Below are positions 59,060-64,000 of a stretch of 64,000 nt of DNA, one piece after another (the stretch's first letter is position 1; every line of letters starts with the position of its first letter). The position numbers and the translations under genes are program-made. The notes beneath the pieces are model-generated. The model was not told the DNA's origin. It made no database searches and worked only from the letters and a program-made list of their open reading frames with translations. Source of the DNA: Bacteroides sp. Its GTDB lineage: Bacteria; Bacteroidota; Bacteroidia; Bacteroidales; Muribaculaceae. The stretch lies in the NCBI GenBank assembly GCA_014802345.1, contig JAAVCM010000003.1, positions 6,890 through 70,889 on the forward strand, given 5' to 3'.

Positions 59060-60409
59060 TCAGTTATTGATTTTAAGACTCATACCGCTCAGACTACGAT
59101 AGAGGTCAAGGGCATAGACATCGGTCATTCCCGAGATATGGTCGAGGACGGCCTGAATTTTGCCGTAGAGCGAGGGTGATTCCGTCTCGTACTGCTGGGG
59201 GACTTTCGCAAGCAGCAGGCGCGAATAGTTCAGGTCGGGATTCCTTACCGCCTTGACAAGTTCGTGGATAAGGAAGGATATGATGCGCGTTCCGGCAAGT
59301 TCGATGTCGACGACATCTCCGGCGGAATAGATTTTTTTCCACGACAGTGCCTCACAGTCGCGGTAGGCCTTGCGTTCAAGCGGGGCGATGTGGTTGAGGA
59401 GCGAACCCTTGAACTCACCACGCATGATTTCGTCCTCATGCTCCAGAAATGTTTCCGAGCAACGGTTGACGAGTACACCGATGATGCAGGAGCGCAGATA
59501 GGCTATCTTCTCGTTAGGGTCGTCGACACCTGCCATGATGCGCTCTATGTGTGAGCGGCGTGCGTCGTCGAAATAGTTTAGGAAAAGGGGGATGACCTCC
59601 TCGGTTGAAAGTATTTTCAGCTTGTGGGCATCCTCGATATCCATGATTTCATAGCATATATCGTCGGCGGCCTCAACGATGTAGACAAGCGGATGGCGTG
59701 CATAGCGGATCTGCCCTTCGGCATTGTCTTTCAGAAGAATCATCCCGAGTTCGTCGGCCACCTTTATGAAATCCTCTTTTTCGGACGTGAAGAATCCGAA
59801 CTTGCCGTGGGCTCCAGCAAGCGTGGAGTCAAAAGGATATTTGATGATGGAGGCGAGGGTAGAGTAGGTCATGGCAAATCCTCCCGGCCTACGTCCGTTG
59901 AAACGGTGGGTGAGCAGCCGGAAAGTATTGGCATTTCCCTCGAAGTGAGTGAGGTCTGCCCACTGTTCAGCCGTCAGTTCCGCTTCAAGCTCCCTCCCTT
60001 CCCCCTCGCTGAAATAGGTTGCTATCGCCTTTTCACCCGAATGACCGAAAGGAGGATTGCCGAGGTCATGGGCAAGACAGGCGGCCGCTACAATCTCGTC
60101 GATTGAATCGAGCTTACCTACCCACGGTTCGGAGGCATATTTCTGACGCAGCACTCCGGCTATCTCACCGGCCATTGAACGCCCTACACACGCCACCTCC
60201 ATGCTGTGGGTGAGACGGTTATGGACGAAGATACTCCCCGGTAGGGGGAACACCTGTGTCTTGTTTTGCAGGCGGCGGAACGGTGAGGAGAAGACCAGAC
60301 GGTCAAAATCGCGCTGAAAGTCGCTCCTTGAACCCCGCTTGGGGTCGTGGAAGTGTTCAAGCCCGAAGCGCTTGTCGTTGATGAGCTTGTCCCATGACAT
60401 CTGTTGCAT
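59060..60409 (-). CDS. dgt: dNTP triphosphohydrolase (dGTPase, HD domain)
   Basis: FRRLQNKTQV, RLTHSMEV, AHDLGNPPFGHSGE, EAADDICY, SGMTD. Confidence 0.93.
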   Translation of the reverse strand: MQQMSWDKLINDKRFGLEHFHDPKRGSRSDFQRDFDRLVFSSPFRRLQNKTQVFPLPGSIFVHNRLTHSMEVACVGRSMAGEIAGVLRQKYASEPWVGKLDSIDEIVAAACLAHDLGNPPFGHSGEKAIATYFSEGEGRELEAELTAEQWADLTHFEGNANTFRLLTHRFNGRRPGGFAMTYSTLASIIKYPFDSTLAGAHGKFGFFTSEKEDFIKVADELGMILLKDNAEGQIRYARHPLVYIVEAADDICYEIMDIEDAHKLKILSTEEVIPLFLNYFDDARRSHIERIMAGVDDPNEKIAYLRSCIIGVLVNRCSETFLEHEDEIMRGEFKGSLLNHIAPLERKAYRDCEALSWKKIYSAGDVVDIELAGTRIISFLIHELVKAVRNPDLNYSRLLLAKVPQQYETESPSLYGKIQAVLDHISGMTDVYALDLYRSLSGMSLKINN

Positions 60410-60516
60410 AATCAATCGGCTGATAGGAGGGATAATTATATTCTATACGCGAAGTTAGTGAAAAATGCTGACAAGAGTCGGGATGTCACTGACAAAAAAT
60501 CATAAAACACACACTT

Positions 60517-61428
60517 TTATCTGTCCGTTTCCTGAGTGCGCGCCTGACTGGTGCTGACGGTGTATGCGCCGAGCAGGACGAGGACTGCTGCCACCGGCAT
60601 CTCCCAAGAAAAAATGTCCTGTCCGATGAAGATGGCAGTGACGGAGGCTACGATGGGCTGGAGATTCATATAGACGCTGACTGTGGTCGCACGCAGGTAT
60701 TTCATGCCGAATGGCATCAGGAAGTAGCCCGACGCGGTTGCGAGAAATATGACGAAACAGGCTTCAAGCACTCCGCTCCATTCCCATGCTGACGAGAGGA
60801 TGGTCTGTTTCGGAAGGTCGTTTATGCCGAATGGCAGAAGGAGCATGGCCGTAAACATGAACATCCATTTCATCTGAGTCACCGCACTGTATTTCTGCGC
60901 AACGGAACGCATGATGATGAGGTAGACGGAGAAGGCTATGATGCTCACACACGCCAGACCGATTCCGAGGAGATTGTCAGTACCTGCCGTCGCCTGAGTT
61001 TTTGCACCGGCGATAAGCACCAAGGCTCCGACCACTCCGAGCGCCACGCCTGCGGTCTTCCTCCGTGTGACAGGTTCTTTGAGAAACAGGGCGGCGAGAA
61101 GCATGACGCTCACGGGACTGAGGGCTACAATAAGCGAGAAGTAGACAGGGGTGGTGTATTGAAGGCTGAGAGCGGTCAGGTATTGAGAGACAATGAACCC
61201 CATGATGCCTCCGACGGCTATAATCAGAAGATCGCGTGGAGCGACTTTCTCCTTAGGCAGAAAACACTGTATGGTCCAGAAAATCAATGTCGCTGAGAGT
61301 GTACGCATTGTCATGTAGCCCAGCGGGGTCATCCAATGGTCAAGTAGAGCTTTGGTCACAGGCACATTCAGTCCGAAAATCACGTTGGCTGTCAGGACTG
61401 CCAGATGGCCTTTCCATTTATTTCCCAT
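60517..61428 (-). CDS. DMT/EamA family transporter
   Basis: Ten hydrophobic segments, LFLKEP, YMNLQPIVA. Confidence 0.88.
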   Translation of the reverse strand: MGNKWKGHLAVLTANVIFGLNVPVTKALLDHWMTPLGYMTMRTLSATLIFWTIQCFLPKEKVAPRDLLIIAVGGIMGFIVSQYLTALSLQYTTPVYFSLIVALSPVSVMLLAALFLKEPVTRRKTAGVALGVVGALVLIAGAKTQATAGTDNLLGIGLACVSIIAFSVYLIIMRSVAQKYSAVTQMKWMFMFTAMLLLPFGINDLPKQTILSSAWEWSGVLEACFVIFLATASGYFLMPFGMKYLRATTVSVYMNLQPIVASVTAIFIGQDIFSWEMPVAAVLVLLGAYTVSTSQARTQETDR

Positions 61429-61597
61429 CGTCAGTTATTAATGAGTAAAAGACTGCGTTTGAGGTGTAATGATGTTTAAAATCATGCAAAATTAACTAAA
61501 AAACATGAGATTCCGCCCTGATTCCCGCTACTCCCGGTTGCCATTTTTGCCGGAATGGTGTTAGAGTTATTGTAAGCAATTCAAATATCAGTCAATT

Positions 61598-61906
61598 ATG
61601 TCAGAAACAAAATCATCAATCGAAAAAGTCACTGTCAGTCTTGAACTTCCTGTCGGGACTGTCGAAAGACTGTCGGCACTTGCGCTTGCCGACGGAAAGA
61701 ACCTCAGGAGTTATGTCGAGAATCTGTTGAACCTCCACGCCGAGCGTGAGGCTCTCTCGTTCCGTGAACATCCCTCGCCGAGCGGCGATGATTGGTGGAT
61801 GGTCCACAAGAATTGTGCGACCGTCCATGACGGAATCGAGGATATGAACACCGGCAACCTTACGGTCTATTCGGTAGAAGATATAAAAGCGAAATTAGGA
61901 ATTTAA
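61598..61906 (+). CDS. Probable antitoxin (RHH-like N-terminus) of a type II TA pair
   Basis: Small gene upstream of YoeB; VTVSLELP...LRSYVENLL; SPSGDDWW; DIKAKLGI end. Confidence 0.6.
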   Translation: MSETKSSIEKVTVSLELPVGTVERLSALALADGKNLRSYVENLLNLHAEREALSFREHPSPSGDDWWMVHKNCATVHDGIEDMNTGNLTVYSVEDIKAKLGI

Positions 61907-61924
61907 AAGAAAGGAAGGAAAATA

Positions 61925-62203
61925 ATGGAATACACCATACAGTTGACCCATAAAGCGGAGGAGCAGCTTCAGGAATGGAGTAAGTCAGGCGAGGATAAAT
62001 CGGAAAAGAAAATCGGGGAATTGTTTGAGGAACTGCGCGACCATCCCGAAGAGGGGACAGGTCAGACTGAAAGGCTTAAAGGCGATCTGAGCGGTTATTG
62101 GAGCCGACGCATCGACAAGAAGTCACGCATCGTCTACAAGATAGATGATGCCGACGCAAAGGTAATCGTTATCTCGATGCTTGGCCATTATGATGATAAA
62201 TAG
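61925..62203 (+). CDS. yoeB: Txe/YoeB family toxin
   Basis: HPEEGTGQTERLKGDLSGYWSRRID...RIVY...GHY. Confidence 0.88.
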   Translation: MEYTIQLTHKAEEQLQEWSKSGEDKSEKKIGELFEELRDHPEEGTGQTERLKGDLSGYWSRRIDKKSRIVYKIDDADAKVIVISMLGHYDDK

Positions 62204-62211
62204 ACGGTGAT

Positions 62212-62256
62212 AAAAAAATACAGGCTGTGTCTGATTGAGCAGACACAGCCTGTATT
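62212..62256. terminator. Terminator between yoeB and fba
   Basis: 17-bp perfect stem AATACAGGCTGTGTCTG/CAGACACAGCCTGTATT. Confidence 0.8.
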
Positions 62257-62279
62257 ATATTGATGTGGCTGGATTAAAT

Positions 62280-63278
62280 TTATTCAGCCTTGCCGTCAGA
62301 ACCGAGGACGGAAACGATTTTGTGCTTGTAGAGCTTCTCCATTTCGTCGCGGGCCGGACCGAGATACTTGCGGGGGTCAAACTCAGCGGGCTTGGTGGCG
62401 AGGGTCTTGCGGACAGCGGCAGTCATAGCAAGACGGCTGTCAGAGTCAATGTTGATCTTGCAGACAGCGCTCTTGGCAGCCTTGCGGAGTTCTTCTTCGG
62501 GAATACCGATAGCGTCGGGGAGCTTGCCGCCGTATTCGTTGATTTCGTCAACGTATTCCTGAGGAACGGAGCTTGAACCGTGGAGGACGATGGGGAATCC
62601 GGGGAGTTTCTCCATGACGGCATCAAGAACGTTGAATGCCAGAGGGGGAGGAACGAGACGGCCATTAGCGTCGCGGGTACACTGTTCGGGCTTGAACTTG
62701 TAAGCACCGTGAGAGGTACCGATTGAGATAGCGAGTGAGTCGACACCGGTACGGGTAGCGAAGTCGATTACTTCCTCGGGGTCGGTGTAGGTGTGGTGGT
62801 CGGAAGAAACTTCGTCCTCAACGCCGGCAAGAACGCCGAGTTCGCCTTCAACGGTCACGTCATACTGGTGAGCGTAGTCGCATACCTTCTTGGTGAGGGC
62901 TACGTTCTCCTCGTAGGGGAGGTGAGAACCGTCGATCATCACAGACGAGAAGCCGTGTTCGATACAGTCCTTGCAGAGCTCGAAGCTGTCACCATGGTCG
63001 AGGTGAAGCACGATCTGGGGATGTTCCCAACCGAGGCTCTTGGCATATTCTACTGCGCCCTGAGCCATGTAGCGGAGAAGGATGGGGTTAGCGTAGTTAC
63101 GGGCACCTTTGGAAACCTGAAGGATTACGGGTGATTTTTCCTCGGCAGCAGCCTTGATGATAGCCTGAAGCTGCTCCATGTTGTTGAAGTTGAATGCGGG
63201 AATTGCATAACCACCCTTGATGGCCTTGGCAAACATCTCTTTGGTGTTCACGAGACCTAATTCCTTATAACTTGTCAT
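62280..63278 (-). CDS. fba: Class II fructose-1,6-bisphosphate aldolase
   Basis: IPAFNFNNME, LHLDHG, SSVMIDGS, GTSHGAYK, VLHGSS, KINIDSD. Confidence 0.96.
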   Translation of the reverse strand: MTSYKELGLVNTKEMFAKAIKGGYAIPAFNFNNMEQLQAIIKAAAEEKSPVILQVSKGARNYANPILLRYMAQGAVEYAKSLGWEHPQIVLHLDHGDSFELCKDCIEHGFSSVMIDGSHLPYEENVALTKKVCDYAHQYDVTVEGELGVLAGVEDEVSSDHHTYTDPEEVIDFATRTGVDSLAISIGTSHGAYKFKPEQCTRDANGRLVPPPLAFNVLDAVMEKLPGFPIVLHGSSSVPQEYVDEINEYGGKLPDAIGIPEEELRKAAKSAVCKINIDSDSRLAMTAAVRKTLATKPAEFDPRKYLGPARDEMEKLYKHKIVSVLGSDGKAE

Positions 63279-63451
63279 TTTAGTTAAGAGGTTTTTTGGT
63301 TAATAATAGTTGTTGGAATTGTCTGGCTACAAAGATAGCAAAAAAATCCCGGTTGCGTCAATTAAAAAAATAAAAAATTCACGGCAGGATTCCTTCCGTC
63401 GTGGGTGCCGATAGTGGGATGGAACAGGAATGAACCGGCTGCGGAGCCGTA

Positions 63452-63961
63452 TCACACCTGCCCGGAGAGAAAGAGCCTGCGGTATTCCTGCTCGAAGTTT
63501 GGAGTGAGGATGTCGCGGCCCATGGCGGCGAGAATCTCGTCGCGGGTCCAGAAGCGACCTCCGTCGAGTTCGTCGGAGGGTGTCGGGCTTACATCGACAA
63601 CAGTCCTGAAAGGATTGACCAGCTCACGCTCACGCGAAGATTCAAAGATGTAGGGCGGAAGGCTGAGAGGCTCGAACTCAGTGATGCCGAGTTCCTCGCG
63701 GGCTTCTCGTCGCAGCGCGGTCATGGTATCTTCGCCGAAGTCAATGTGTCCCCCGACGGCTGTGTCCCACTTTCCCGGCTGGATGTCCTTCCATTCCGGA
63801 CGTTTTTGCAGATATAGTCTTCCGGCGCGGTCGAAGACATGAAGATGGACCACCGGGTGGAGCAGTTTGCTCCCGTCGTGGCATTTTCCGCGTGTAGCCG
63901 AGCCGATTACCGCTCCGCTTTCATCGACAAGCGGAAACATTTCAGAGGCATTGTCCTGCAC
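63452..63961 (-). CDS. NUDIX hydrolase (IPP-isomerase-like subfamily)
   Basis: LHPVVHLHVF, LQKR, PGKWDTAVGGH, GE...ALRREAREELG Nudix box. Confidence 0.88.
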   Translation of the reverse strand: MQDNASEMFPLVDESGAVIGSATRGKCHDGSKLLHPVVHLHVFDRAGRLYLQKRPEWKDIQPGKWDTAVGGHIDFGEDTMTALRREAREELGITEFEPLSLPPYIFESSRERELVNPFRTVVDVSPTPSDELDGGRFWTRDEILAAMGRDILTPNFEQEYRRLFLSGQV

Positions 63962-64000
63962 AGGATTGAAGTATTAAGGGTGATGAATTAAGAGTTGGGT

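Noticed and set aside
59060-60409. dGTPase as an anti-phage nucleotide-depletion system
   Set aside because: Host-like composition and housekeeping context; looks like the ordinary Bacteroidales dgt.
61438-61457. GCAGTCTTT...TCATTA upstream of the EamA gene as a third sigma-barrel promoter
   Set aside because: The boxes are only ~3 nt apart instead of 14.

Overview
This is a chromosomal window of a Bacteroidales bacterium, with TAnnTTTG promoters and gene content that suggest Muribaculaceae (taxonomy inferred). Most of it is housekeeping and envelope genes: pepC, PBP1A, aspT, galM-nucleotidyltransferase-galK, ABC-F, mlaD-amidase, gldB, CoA-transferase, miaB, rpsP, a FadL-like operon, ABC transporter plus ECF sigma, pyrBI, glyA, mscL, gap, dgt and fba. 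A pectin-esterase locus (SGNH/CE12-like, CE8, and a propeller-AraC regulator) is split by a defence block. That block holds a 1004-aa Schlafen/AlbA_2-WYL fusion protein and an AT-rich Type IIS restriction-modification system (C protein, Mva1269I/BsmI-like endonuclease, two methyltransferases). The most notable observations are: (1) the Schlafen-WYL fusion, a candidate nucleic-acid-sensing tRNase defence protein; (2) an ECF sigma factor fused through one TM helix and a linker to an outer-membrane beta-barrel, with an identical promoter motif upstream of itself and of the next lipoprotein gene; (3) a ~750-bp four-layer nested palindrome between convergent genes; (4) an in-frame amber codon cutting off the secretion domain of the SGNH esterase. 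All family assignments come from motif recognition by eye; no database searches were run.
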